A stretch of 64,000 nt of DNA from Octopus sinensis. Its lineage: Eukaryota. Numbering within the stretch: position 1 is the stretch's first letter; the number at the start of each line of letters is the position of its first letter. Below the pieces are notes generated by a model, which saw nothing but the letters and a program-made list of their open reading frames with translations, did no database searches and was not told the DNA's origin. The stretch covers positions 199,144,001 to 199,208,000 of the forward strand of contig NC_042997.1 of NCBI RefSeq assembly GCF_006345805.1, read 5' to 3'. The position numbers were made by a program, and so were the translations under genes. Positions 1 to 11,712 of the stretch are shown here, one piece after another.

Positions 1-440
1 ATTTGCAGTGCTTGAAAAGACACATCTGTCTCAATGGAAGTGAGTTCCTAAAGTGTTATGTCTATACATTCACTGGTTCTGCCCCCTACACTCACTCGGT
101 ACCTATTAGATCTTCCCACCTCTCATCTCTTCCCTACCCCTCCACTCTTCTATGACACTATTTGGCTGCTATAAACGTATGAGAACTAACTATGCACATA
201 TTTCACATCCCACTTAGTGCTGTCTGTTACCTCCCCTTCTTCTGGAAACCACTTTCTTTTAAAATCTGTCCCTCATTCTCAATATTATTCCTTCCCACTT
301 TACCTTCCATTGGTTAATCCTTTCTCTGCCCCCAGTTATCTCCCCATCTCTTCTGAACCACGTCTTAAGACTGCCATACTTCATTTTCAGCATTGTCTCT
401 CATCTGCTAGCATTGTCATCCCCTTGTTATATCTGCCATC

Positions 441-827
441 GTGGAGGCGCAATGGCCCAGTGGTTAGGGCAGCGGACTCGCGGTCGTAGGATCGCGGTTT
501 CGATTCCCAGACCGGGCGTTGTGTGTGTTTATTGACCGAAAACACCTAAAAGCTCCACAAGGCTCCGGCAGGGATGGTGGTGATCCCTGCTGTACTCTTT
601 CACCACAACTTTCTCTCACTCTTACTTCCTGTTTCTGTTGTACCTGTATTTCAAAGGGCCGGCCTTGTCACTCTCTGTGTCACGCTGAATATCCCCGAGA
701 ACTACGTTAAGGGTACACGTGTCTGTGGAGTGCTCAGCCACTCACACATTAATTTCACGAGCAGGCTGTTCCATTGATCAGATCAACCGGAACCCTCGTC
801 GTCGTAACCGACGGTGTGCTTCCATCC
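441..827 (+). mobile_element. tRNA-derived SINE with 12-bp target-site duplication
   Basis: tRNA-like head with A-box TGGCCCAGTGG and B-box-like GTTTCGATTCC. ATATCTGCCATC flanks both sides (429-440 and 828-839). Head and middle are shared with the copy at 49361-49640. Confidence 0.85.
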
Positions 828-1056
828 ATATCTGCCATCAAAGCCTTCACCCAACTTTGTCCCCTGATCACGAATGCTACTCCTATGTACCTCTGGCATC
901 CATCTCTGTCACTGTGTATTTCTTTCTCTCTCACTCTCCCATCTACCATATCATCTCCATATTTTCTGATCTATTTTCTATATCTTTGTTATATTGTTGT
1001 TGTTGCCCGCTTTCTTAACCATTTCTATTTCTTTCACTTTCCTTTACATATACTGA

Positions 1057-1451
1057 TACTCTTTTCTCTTTACTTGTTTCAGTCATTTAACTGTGGCCAT
1101 GCTGGAGCATTGCATTTAGTTGAGCAAATCGACTCCAGGACTAATTCTTTGTAAGCCTAGTACTTATTCTATCGGTCTCTTTTTCCGAACCGCTAAGTTA
1201 CGGGGACGTAAACACACCAGCATCGGTTGTCAAGTGATGTTGGGGGACAAACAAAGACACACAAACATATACGCACTCACATACATATATACGATGGGCT
1301 TCTTTCAGTTTCCGTCTACCAAATCCACTTACAAGGCTTTGGTCAGCCCGAGGCTATAATAGAAGACACTTGCCCAAGGTGCCATGCAGTGGGACTGAAC
1401 CCGGAACCATGTGGTTTGTAAGCAAGCGACTTACCACACAACCACTCCTAC
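1057..1451 (-). mobile_element. SINE family A (about 400 bp, tRNA head, internal TA/CA microsatellite)
   Basis: Co-linear with copies at 14316, 44672 and 58612. Central GGCACCTTGGGCAAGTGTCTTC motif and (AAAGAGT)n-like tail. Confidence 0.85.
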
Positions 1452-1629
1452 ACTTCCACATTTGTTCCATTACATTCACTCTCTACATCCATCCCTAACC
1501 ATCCAGCATTTTCCTCTCACACTCTAATGAACTTGTCTGCCCACCTTTCTCAGTATTTTGTCTGCATTCTCTCTTGTACTCATCTTCTTATATTTTGTGA
1601 TTATCCCCTGGACACACACACACACACAT

Positions 1630-1815
1630 GTGAGGCTGCAAGACCTAGTAGTTAGGGTGTTGCACTCATGATTCAGCAATTGTAATTTCAATTCCTAGAC
1701 CTAGTCGTGCATAGTATTCTTGAACAAAACACGTCATCGGACATTGCTTAGAAAATAATTTTCGCCCCAGCATGGCCACAGCTCATGAGCTGAAACTAGA
1801 TAAAATAAATAAATT
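1630..1815 (+). mobile_element. degenerate tRNA-head SINE
   Basis: Head resembles 39203-39440. Ends in CCAGCATGGCCACAGC...CTGAAACTAGATAAAATAAA, similar to the family A tail. Confidence 0.5.
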
Positions 1816-2394
1816 AAAAAAATAAATTGTATATAGTACACATTGGGGATTTCGACCTTATAATTTTTTGGGGAAAATGCTGATTATACTTGAGGATTTA
1901 TGGTAGACGAAAATCTAGTTTTCAGCTTAAATGTTTATACAAGTAGAGCCAAAGTGTTTCTTGAATAGTCTCATATTCATTTAACAGATTATACATCCTT
2001 CATAATCTATTATAAATATTACTATTAAAATTTCTTTGTTAAAATTTTTATTGCACTCTCATTCCATTAATCAAAATCATATGTCAAGTAATAGTAAACA
2101 CTCTAAACAATTAGAATTTCATGAACTCTTATAACTGACTGCTTAGAGAAATGTACCCTGCTAGTTCTTTAGTATACTGTGTCAAAGTAATGTTGATGAA
2201 TGATAAGTCTCAAAAAAAAAAAAAAAAAACTTACATTAGAAATACAAAGATATGAAATTCAAAATGAAATATTACTCATGTAGACGTTTGTTAGTCAAAC
2301 TAAATACAAAATTTTCAACTGAACTTTCAGGATATATTTGTAGATTGAGGTAAAACTTGTACTTTTAATGTAATGTAATTTCTCAATTTTATGC

Positions 2395-2897
2395 CAGCTT
2401 ACATACAAGAGAATACCCTCCACCAGGCATTTGCCATATTCTGAATGCCTTACTTTGATGGGCATGGACACATTGAAACTCCGACATCTGGCAGCTGACT
2501 TGGCCGACGCCCATAAAATTATTAACCATCTTACAAACAATAACTCTGAGCACCTTTTCAAACTCCATCTGTCTAACACCCGTGGACATGTTTACAAAGT
2601 CAGAAAACAGCACAGCTCCCATGACTTTCGGAAACATTTTTTCATGCTAAGAGTTGCTGAAGCATGGAACAAACTGCTGGCATCAGTTGTTAGTTGTCGG
2701 AGCACTGCATCCTTCAAAACTTCCATGCTTCCTGAGATTCGCCAACACTACACCTGATTTTCTTCCCTCCATACACACGCAAGCATGTATCTGACTCATA
2801 CACTGTTCACTTCCCAGACATTTGTACATTACTGCATATGCTTTATATGCACTTTTGACAAGTTGTGGTGCACCTGAGCACTGTATACAATAATTTC

Positions 2898-2930
<33 letters not shown>
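2395..2930 (+). mobile_element. CR1-clade LINE 3' fragment (ORF2 C-terminus, 3' UTR, (ATT)n tail)
   Basis: ORF 2431-2757 reads PYSECL..LGMDTL..DL...HKII...TRGHVYK...RKHFF..RV...WN, typical of the CR1 ORF2 C-terminus. (ATT)n tail at 2901-2930. Confidence 0.85.
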
Positions 2931-4241
2931 TATTATACACTGAAAAACGAAAATATGTTGTCTTCTTAACTTAATTGAAATATAAGCTTATTACAGAAGG
3001 GGGGAACATTTTTTCTAGAAATGGCATTCTTTGAAATTTTTTGCAATGAAGGGAAATAATCCCAAAAGACATATTCACCGTAGGATATTTTCAACAAGAT
3101 ATATCTTATCATATTCTTAAGTTTCTTTTGTGTTGTTTTACATATTCTTTACATATATATATATATATATATATATATACCTCTCTCTCCTTCCTTTTTG
3201 TCACTTGATGATTTATGATGCCATGGAAAGCAAATCCTGACTTTGTTTTAAAACTTGACATTACTTTTCTTATATTCTTTTATATATATATATTCCTTTA
3301 TTCACTTTCTTCCTTACCCAGCTTGTTCACCATTTGTTTCTCTTTCTTAAACTTTGCAGTATTTTCTAATATTTGACAGTGAATGACTTTTCGTTAGTGA
3401 CCTAAAATATCTGTAATAATATAATTGAATTACAGTTGGGTATCTTATTTTCATTCGTTTGTTTTTAATTGAATGATTTTTATCTTTGCATATACATCCT
3501 TTCAAACATTTTATATTTATTTGATTTTTATAATCACACATGACCACTAAATATAAATTGTTTCATTAATAGCACAACCTACATTGCACCAGTAGTCACA
3601 CCATCATATATTAAAATCATATATAGGCTTAACTTCCAATTAACTCTAAAGACAACACATGACCATTATTTAAAACAAAATGATACCTCATTTTCTAAGT
3701 ATATATGGTATATATGGTAATTTCAATTAAAAAACAAACATCTCCCATAGTATTGAAAATTGGAAAATTCTTTCACTTATGCAAGAATCAGAACTTGCTA
3801 ATTTTGTACCGCTGAATCCTTAAAATGATGTTCTTTAAAATGAAACTACTGAACCATATCACCACATTAGTTTCTGCCTGTAAGTATAAAATATCTAATA
3901 CTACAAATTTTTAAACCTGTAATTTTTCTCAAACAGCTGAGATAAATACTAATTTCATCCAACAAAAATAGACATAGCCACAATAAGCAATCTCTCTCCC
4001 ACCACTGAACTCATAAGCCTTCTACATAGCAATTCTTAACATTTACTCCTAACATCTACTTATTTAATCTGTCAAGCAGATCTACTTAACTATCTTTTAT
4101 AGGTGTAGCCATATATGTCACAGTAGATCTATGTACACATAGATCTACCGTACGCATGCATTTTTATGAATTTATATGCATCTTCTAATATGTATCTTTG
4201 TGCATATATGTTTTCTCTTTGGATATGTGTATGTGAATATA

Positions 4242-5230
4242 CAGGATGCGATAGGTAAATTGCAAACATTTTCTATTTATAATTTCGTGCATGAGAATTG
4301 CTTTTTATAATTTTGTCAACTACACAGTATAGTAGGGTCAGTTGGGCACCATCTGTAAGAAAAACAGCACCATGACGCAATTCATTCTGCCAGAAATTTG
4401 GAAATGACATGCTGTACTGCTTGGCATTCATGCCGAAAGCTCTAATACAATCATTTCAGAATGTTTGTGCGTCAATCTAAGGACAGTGCAGAGGATTTGG
4501 AAAGAGCTGGATGAGTCTAATGGTGATTATGAAAGTATGGCAGCTCGAAAAACTCACTTTGATCATTCTGATAAGAAAAGAACTCCTGAATTTGTTGGTG
4601 AGATATGGGCCATGATTGACAATGATCCCTCCAAGTCAATTAGGTCGATCACCAGGGATATGGGAGTGTCTGAGTTTCCTATCAGGCAAGTAGTGCATGA
4701 AGATATTCGGTATTTCCCATACAAGATGAAAAAGGGCCAATTTTTATACCAAGCCATCAAGGACAAGGGGTAAGACTCAAGCATCCCCTCCAACTGAACA
4801 TGCTTTGGTTTTGCTCAGACGTGAAAAATTTCTGCCAGGACCAAATGGTGGACACATAGAACAACTTTTGACTTGCCGTGTCCCTGAAACATGTACTGAG
4901 AGTGACAAAAATCAAACATCCAGCCAACATCATGGTATTTGGAGTGATTACTAGTGATAGTGACGTTATGCCTCCATTCATCTTCCCATGTGGCCTCAGA
5001 CTCAACATAGAGGTTTATATCAAGTGCCTGGAAGAGGTAGTGCTGCCCTGAGTCAAGAGGGTGGCTGCTGGAAGACACTATGTCTGGCAACAGACCTCTG
5101 CACTATGCTATACCAGCAGGAGAACTCAGTCATGGCTGTCAGACAATTTCTGTGATCACATCACCCCTAATATCTGGCCATCTAACTCCCTAGACTACAA
5201 ACCCCTTGATTATTATGTGTGGGGTGCAGT
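4242..5230 (+). mobile_element. Tc1/mariner maT-type (DD37D) transposase relic, 3' truncated
   Basis: Starts TA|CAGG. Broken frames give NLRTVQRI, SD(V)KNF, YVWQQ(T)SA and WPSNSLDYKPLDYYVWGAV, with 37 residues between the 2nd and 3rd catalytic positions. The second Asp is mutated. Confidence 0.8.
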
Positions 5231-5367
5231 TTTTTTGTTTTAACTCCTGTCCAAATATATATATTATTTGTGTATGAATATAGTGACATCAGTATATTTT
5301 GCATATATATATATATGTCTGTGTGCGTATATATATATATATATGTGTGTGTGTATATATATATATA

Positions 5368-5506
5368 CTTTATTTAAAGCAGCAGAAAATTCAACAAAAA
5401 GGTTTTGTTGAATTTTCTGCTGCTTTAAATAAAGCATATTACTCTACCACTGGTATTTGAGTACTCTTTTTTCCATCTTGTTTCACATTCATGTGTTTAC
5501 TCCAGT
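5368..5506. repeat. short insert at a (TA)n tract beginning with a perfect 32-bp inverted repeat
   Basis: 5368-5399 is the exact reverse complement of 5403-5434 (3-nt loop). About 70 bp of unique sequence follow, then TATAT. Confidence 0.8.
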
Positions 5507-5745
5507 ATATCATCATCATCATCATCATCGTTTAACGTCCGCTTTCCGCGCTAGCACGGGTTGGACGGTTCGACCGGGTCTGGGAAGCCAGGGGCCGCTC
5601 CAGGCTCCAGTCTGAATCTGGCAGAGTTTCTACGGCTGGATGCCCTTCCTAATGCCAACCACTCCGTGAGTGGATTGGGTGCTTTTTACGTGCCACCTGC
5701 ACAGGGTCCGGAGGGTCCGGCATCGGTCACGATCGGTTCGAGCTT

Positions 5746-8700
5746 TTAACGTGTCAGCGGCACGGGGGCAACGAGGTCCGGGGTACTTTGGGGATCCAGG
5801 GTACTTTGGGGATCCGGGGTACTTAGAATGGGTAGGGGGTATGTGGAATTGCTGCAGAAAGCAGCCCGGGTCTTTGTAGTCACAGCATATCTCCAGAGAT
5901 CTCGGTCCTTCGCCATTGCCTCAGTGAGGCCCAATGCTCTGAGGTCATGCTTGACTACCTCATCCCATGTCTTCCTGGGTCTACCTCTCCCCCTGATACC
6001 TTCAACTGTTTGGGAGTGGCACTTCTTCACACATCTCTCTTCATCCATCCGCAGCACATGACCATACCATCGCAAGCGTCGCTCTGCACACCACATCTGA
6101 TGCTTCTTATATCCAGCATTTCTCTCAGGATGCTTACACTCTGTCTTGCGTGCACACTGACACTACACATCCAGCGGATCATGCTAGCTTCATTTCTTTC
6201 AAGTCTACGCATGTCTTCTGCAGTCACAGCCCATGTTTCATTACCATGAAGCATGGCAGTTCGCACACATGCATCATACAATCTACCTTTTGCTCTGAGG
6301 GAGAGACCTTTTGTTGCCAGTAGGGGTAGGAGCTTTCTGAACTTTGCCCAGGCTATTCGTATTCTAGTGGTGATACTCTCTGTGCATCCACCTCCGCTAC
6401 TAACTTGGTCACCCAGGTAGCGGAAACTATCAACTACTTCTAGTTTCTCTCCCTGGAGTGTGATGGAATCTGTTTTCTGAGTGTCTGTTGTGTCTATTGT
6501 CCCTGTGCATCTGCCGCACATGAAAGCTATCTTATCTGTTAATTTCCCTTTAATGTTGCTGCACCTCTTAGTGTCCATAACTTACATTGGGTGCATCTTA
6601 TGGAGTTTCTACCTGTACCTTTCCTACAGGTTGAGCAGGGCCACCTACCCGAGGGGGTGTGTGCTGAGTACCTCTTGCTGCTTACTAATACTTTGGTCTT
6701 TGCTACATTTATTCTAAGGCCCTTTGATTCCAACCCTTGCTTCCACACCCGAAATTTCTCTCTAGTTCCGGTAGTGATTCTGCTATGAGAGCTAGGTCAT
6801 CGGCATAGAGGAGCTCCCAGGGGCATCCCGTTTTGAATTCCTCTGTTATTGCCTGAAGGACTATGATGAATAAAAGGGGACTGAGGGCTGAGCCCTGGTG
6901 CACACCTACTTCTACCCGGAATTCTTCACTATATTCGTTGCCAATCCTAACCTTGCTGACAGCCTCTCTGTATAGAGCCTGTACAGCCCTTATTAGCCAT
7001 TCTTCAATCTCCAGTTTCCGCATCGACCACCAGATAAGGGAACGGGGAACCCTGTCAAAGGCTTTCTCCAAGTCTACAAAAGCTATGTAGAGGGTTTTAT
7101 CTTTAGCTAGGTACTTCTCCTGCAGTTGTCGGACCAGGAATATAGCATCAGTGGTGCTTCTACCTGGTACAAAACCGAACTGCATTTCATCTAAACAAAT
7201 TCTCTCCCTAATGAGATTGGTTATGACCTTCTCTGAGACCTTCATCACCTGGTCCAACAGTTTGATACCTCTGTAGTTATTTCTATCTAGAGCATCACCC
7301 TTACCCTTGTAGCAGTTGACTATGGTGCTGCTGCACCAGTCATTGGGTATGACTCCATTGTGAACTACCTGGTTTACAATGTGGGTGACTATGGCATAGC
7401 CCACATAGCCAGCTGTTTTAAGCATCTCAGCAGTGATTCCTGATAGGCCAAGGGCTTTGCCTGGTTTCATATCCTTAATTGCCTTATCTACAAGGGAGCT
7501 GTCTATTCGGGTAGCTGGTCCCTCTACTGGGTCAACATTTGGCAGGCTCTCCTCCTCCCATTCATTCTCCTCATTCAGCAGTCTTTCATAATGGCTTCTC
7601 CAAGCCTCTTTCTTTTCACTAGTAGTAAAAGCAAGTGCCCCATCATCCATGCGGACACATTTCTCTCCTATAACATCGCTATTTTCTCTGACACACTGTC
7701 TGGCAATCCGAAATACTTCAGCTCTTTGATCCTCGCGACGCTGGACATTGGCAAACTTCTTCTTTTCTGCTACATGTTTGGCAATGTATACCTGCCACCC
7801 AGCCTCCCTTTTGGCTATCTGGTACAGTTCCCTGCTGCCCCCATCCTTCCAGGCTTTCCAGGCCCGTCTCTTTTCACAGATGGCTTTATCTACTGCACTA
7901 TTCCACCACCACGTAATTCTAGGTCTGGAAGGGACTTTGCACCATCCACAGACTTGGTCTGTGGCACTCAGCAAGCTGTCCCGTAGGAATTCCCAGCTAC
8001 CTTCTATGTCTGACGTCTGAAGCTCCTCCTCCCTCTCATCAAATTTCTTGATGAGTATGTCCCTAAATTTCTGACCATGCGAAGGGTTCTTTAGCCTCCA
8101 AATCCTTCTTTTCTGGATTGGTTTGTTTCTTGGAGTCCTTCTGGCCTCAAGCTTAAAGTCACTGATGATTAGTCTATGCTGAGGGATACATTCTTCACCC
8201 GGGAGGGTCTTTGTATTCAAGAGCAACCCTGCATCCCGTTGTCTGGTGAGGATGAAGTCTATTTGGCTAGCGGAGTCTCCTGACTGATAAGTTATAAGGT
8301 GGCAGACTGGCTTCTTGAAGTTAGTGTTGCAGATTGAAAGGTTACATGCATCACAGAATTCCAGCAGTCTAGTTCCCTCATCATTTCTGGTGCCAATACC
8401 ATAGCCACCATGTACCCCAGTGAAGATACCCGATTCCCGCCCAACATACCCATTAAAATCTCCACCTACAAAGATGAGGTCCTTATTACTAGTCTTTGAA
8501 GTAGCCTGCAGAAGGGTATCATAAAAGTTGTCCTTCTGATCATTTGGTAGTCCCGCTTGTGGGGCATAGGCTGAGATAATCATAGCTGTGCCACTCTGTA
8601 GGACCAACCTGAGCTTAAGCACTCTATCACAAACCCTGACAACCTCTATGACCTTATCCACCCATTCCTCCGCAAGGAGGATGCCTACACCCCCTACACC

Positions 8701-8890
8701 TTCTGCGTTACCTTGCCAGTAGAGTTTGTACCTAAGTGCCTTGCCCGTGAGGACCCTAGCCGAAGCATCTCTCCATCTTACCTCTTGTATGCAGCATACA
8801 TCAACCTGTCTTCTCTCTAGCATCTCTACAATCTCACTAGACTTGCCTGTCAATGTACCAACATTGATAGTGCCAACTCTGAAAACTGGG
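5746..8890 (-). pseudogene. RTE ORF: APE endonuclease, reverse transcriptase, PHD-type finger and C-terminal domain; 3 frameshifts
   Basis: EN motifs GTINVGTL, CCIQEVRW, SAYAPQ, GGDFNG, QIDFIL, PQHRL. RT motifs NYRGIKLL, QFGF, FVDLEKAFDRV, GVHQGSALSP, LYADDL. C-terminal FRYLG, LHGNETW, RRLRWYGHV, GRPRKTW. Frame changes near 6760, 6570 and 6084. Confidence 0.92.
5777..5824. repeat. 18-bp tandem repeat (about 2.7 copies) near the RTE ORF end
   Basis: TCCGGGGTACTTTGGGGA repeated with one substitution. Confidence 0.85.
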
Positions 8891-8955
8891 AAGGAGATGT
8901 GGGGGGGACGGGGGGGATTCGGCGCCTGAGAAGAGGAGGGTTGTTGTGGTGGTGA

Positions 8956-9262
8956 TATATATATATATATATATATAATGTGTGTGTGTGTATATATATG
9001 TGTGTGTATATAAATGTGTGTGTATATATATATGTGTGTGTATATATATATGTGTGTTTGTGTATATATATGTGTGTGTGTATATATATATGTGTGTGTA
9101 TATATATATATGTGTGTGTGTATATATATGTGTGTGTATATATATATGTGTGTGTCTATATATATGTGTGTTTGTGTATATATATATGTGTGTGTATATA
9201 TATATGTGTGTGTGTATATATATATGTGTGTGTGTATATATATGTGTGTGAGTATATATATA

Positions 9263-9302
<40 letters not shown>
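8956..9302. repeat. compound (TA)n/(TG)n microsatellite
   Basis: Direct reading; source of the spurious CVYI-type ORFs. Confidence 0.95.
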
Positions 9303-9429
9303 ATATTTATGCTTTTGTTAGCTTGATACTTATTCCATCAGTTCTTTTACTGAATGCAAACACATCAACACCACCAGTTGTAAATAGTGGTGGACAAACA
9401 CTAACACAGACACACACATATATGTATAT

Positions 9430-9855
9430 CTTTCTTTTCTTTTATCTTTTACTTGTTTCAGTCATTTGACTGCGGCCATGCTGGAGCACCACCTTTAGTC
9501 GAGAAAATCGACCCCAGGACTTATTCTTTGGAAGCCTAGTACTTACTCTGTCAGTCTCTTTTGCCAAACCACTAAGTTACAGGGACGTAAACATACCAGC
9601 ATCAGTTGTCAAGTGATGTTGGGAGGACAAATACAGACACACAAACATATACACACACACATACATATATATATATTATATATACATATATACAATGGGC
9701 TTCTTTCAGTTTCCATCAACCAAATCCACTTACAATGCTTTGGTCAGCCGAAGGTTATAGTAAAAGACACTTACTCAAATTACCATGCATTGGGACTGAA
9801 CCCAGAACAATTGGGCGGGAAGCAAACTTCTTACCACACAGCCATGCCTACACCT
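9430..9855 (-). mobile_element. SINE family A copy
   Basis: Co-linear with 44672-45089. Confidence 0.8.
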
Positions 9856-9939
9856 AAATTAAGTACTATGATTTCATATATAAATAGAACATATGGCAGC
9901 TGGTTCTAGTACCTAGTTCTACTGAATCCTTATAAATAA

Positions 9940-10340
9940 TTGTTATATATATATATATGTAGTGAGAGAAAGAGAGAGAGAGATAAATACTTGGAAATTT
10001 GCATGTCAATAAGGCATGTGCATACATACATACTATTTGATATATAATCTCTGCTTGCCAGCATCCTGTAACCATATATGTATACATATGTGTATATATA
10101 TGTGTGTGTGTGTGTGTGCGTGTGTGTGTAAGTATGTATGTTTGTATATGTATATACATATATATGTATGTATATATATATATACATATGTATGTGTATG
10201 TATATATATATATATACATATGTATGTGTATGTATATATATATATATACATATGTATGTGTATGTATATATATATATATACATATGTATGTGTATGTATA
10301 TATATATGTAAACATATGTGTGTATATATATATATATATA
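9940..10340. repeat. compound TA/TG/GA microsatellite
   Basis: Direct reading. Confidence 0.9.
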
Positions 10341-10665
10341 TAATCAATATAAGGGTAGCAAAAAAAATTCAAGAAAAATTCAAGAAAAATTCTCTGCAAC
10401 CAGCGGTCAAGTGAGAAAGTAGAAATAGTCACAGACTATATAATATATTCAACAATAGTATTAAGGAATGACCCTGACAGGCCGTTCCACTCACTTGAAA
10501 GAGCAGCTAAACTCAAACCGCAAAATAGTAGTAATTCTGAAACTAAAGGAGAAATAAAAACATTTTCTCCTTTAGTTTCAGAATTACTACTATTTTCCGG
10601 TTTGAGTTTAGCTGCTCTTTCAAGTGAGTTGAACGGCCTGTCAGGGTCATTCCTTAATACTATTG

Positions 10666-10675
<10 letters not shown>
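10341..10675. repeat. insert in (TA)n made of about 100 bp unique sequence and a 112-bp-arm palindrome
   Basis: 10443-10554 is the reverse complement of 10564-10675 with 2 mismatches and a 9-nt spacer. (TA)n lies on both sides. Confidence 0.9.
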
Positions 10676-10707
<32 letters not shown>

Positions 10708-10749
10708 CCCATGCTAGCACGGAAAATGGATGTTAAACGATGATGATGA

Positions 10750-10925
10750 TGATGATCCATGCACATCATCATCATTTAACATCCATCATCCATGCTGGCA
10801 TGGGTTGAACAGCTTGATCAGAGCTGACAATATGGAGCACTACACAAGGATCCAGTCTGGTTTGGCATGGTTTTTATGGCTGGATGCCCTTCCTAATGCC
10901 AACCACTTTACAAAGTGTGTCGGCT
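10750..10925 (-). mobile_element. RTE-3'UTR-type short repeat
   Basis: (CAT)n followed by GGATGCCCTTCCTAATGCCAACCAC, as in the LINE 3' UTR at 5515-5700. Confidence 0.7.
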
Positions 10926-11085
10926 GACTCCAGCACAAGACTCTTGCAGAGCAATCCTCTACATCAGGGTGAGTGACCTTAACACTTCTGCTGTGGAGTA
11001 CAGGTTTTCTTGAGTACAACAAGGCATCAAGCATCTCGGTCCTTTGTCAGTATATACTTGCATATTTATGCATACATGCCTATGT

Positions 11086-11338
11086 CATCATCATCATCAT
11101 CATCGTTTAACGTCCATTTTCTATACTGGCATGGGTAGGACGGTTCGACCAGGGTCTGGGAAGCCAGGAGGTTGCACCAGGCTCCAAACTGATTTGGCAA
11201 TGTTTCTACAGCTGGATGCCCTTCTTAACACCAACCACTCTGAGAGCGTAGTGGGTACTTTTTTACGTGCCACCGGCACAGGGGCCAGAAGGGACTGGCA
11301 TCAACCATGATTGGATGGTGTTTTTTAAGTGCCACTGG

Positions 11339-11340
<2 letters not shown>
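11086..11340 (-). mobile_element. RTE-3'UTR-type short repeat
   Basis: Matches 5515-5700. Confidence 0.8.
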
Positions 11341-11380
<40 letters not shown>

Positions 11381-11385
<5 letters not shown>

Positions 11386-11712
11386 AGAAGAAAATGGAGG
11401 GAATCCAGACGTAGAATTCAACAGCTGTTACACATTGTATTATGTCTATTTATTTTAAACAGTTTAGATAATATATAAATGCATGTGTAAAGTACTAGTA
11501 ATACTAGTAATTTCTAGAATAGAGAAAGAAGAGCAGTTTCTTACAGCTGTTTCTGTCAAGAGGTCACAGTACCCCACATGTTATTTCCATCTTTTCAGTG
11601 TACTCTTAGTAATCTGTAGATAAAATTAGAGTACTTGGATATACCTCTAAGCTTCATCAGAGAGTTTTTTTATAAGCTAGTCCAAGAAGTTCATAGGGTT
11701 AATTTATGCATA
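11381..11712. repeat. left arm of a long-TIR element, duplicated at 16408-16710
   Basis: About 310 bp direct similarity to 16408-16710. The first 50 nt are a 46/50 inverted match to 17337-17386. Confidence 0.7.

Larger units (their letters stand above)
5510..8955 (-). mobile_element. RTE-clade non-LTR retrotransposon, 5'-truncated, with (ATG)n tail
   Basis: Continuous EN-RT coding over four frames, 3' UTR at about 5530-5745, (ATG)n tail at 5510-5528. The 5' end abuts (TA)n at 8956. Confidence 0.93.

Noticed and set aside
443-520. tRNA gene
   Set aside because: Only the A/B-box head is tRNA-like. There is no closed acceptor stem, it continues into a SINE body, and it has a TSD.
3830-3890. 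Signal-peptide-like first exon MKLLNHITTLVFCL|GTAAGT
   Set aside because: The same bases form an equally good minus-strand acceptor, and there is no supporting downstream exon or homology.
8980-10432. Many ORFs rich in C/V/Y/I or H/T/Y
   Set aside because: They are translations of TA/TG microsatellites; the same applies to 29369-30323 and 53369-53814.
11620-11665. Minus-strand CTGATGA with a stem II-like hairpin
   Set aside because: GAAA is absent, and the 16408 copy has lost the CTGATGA.
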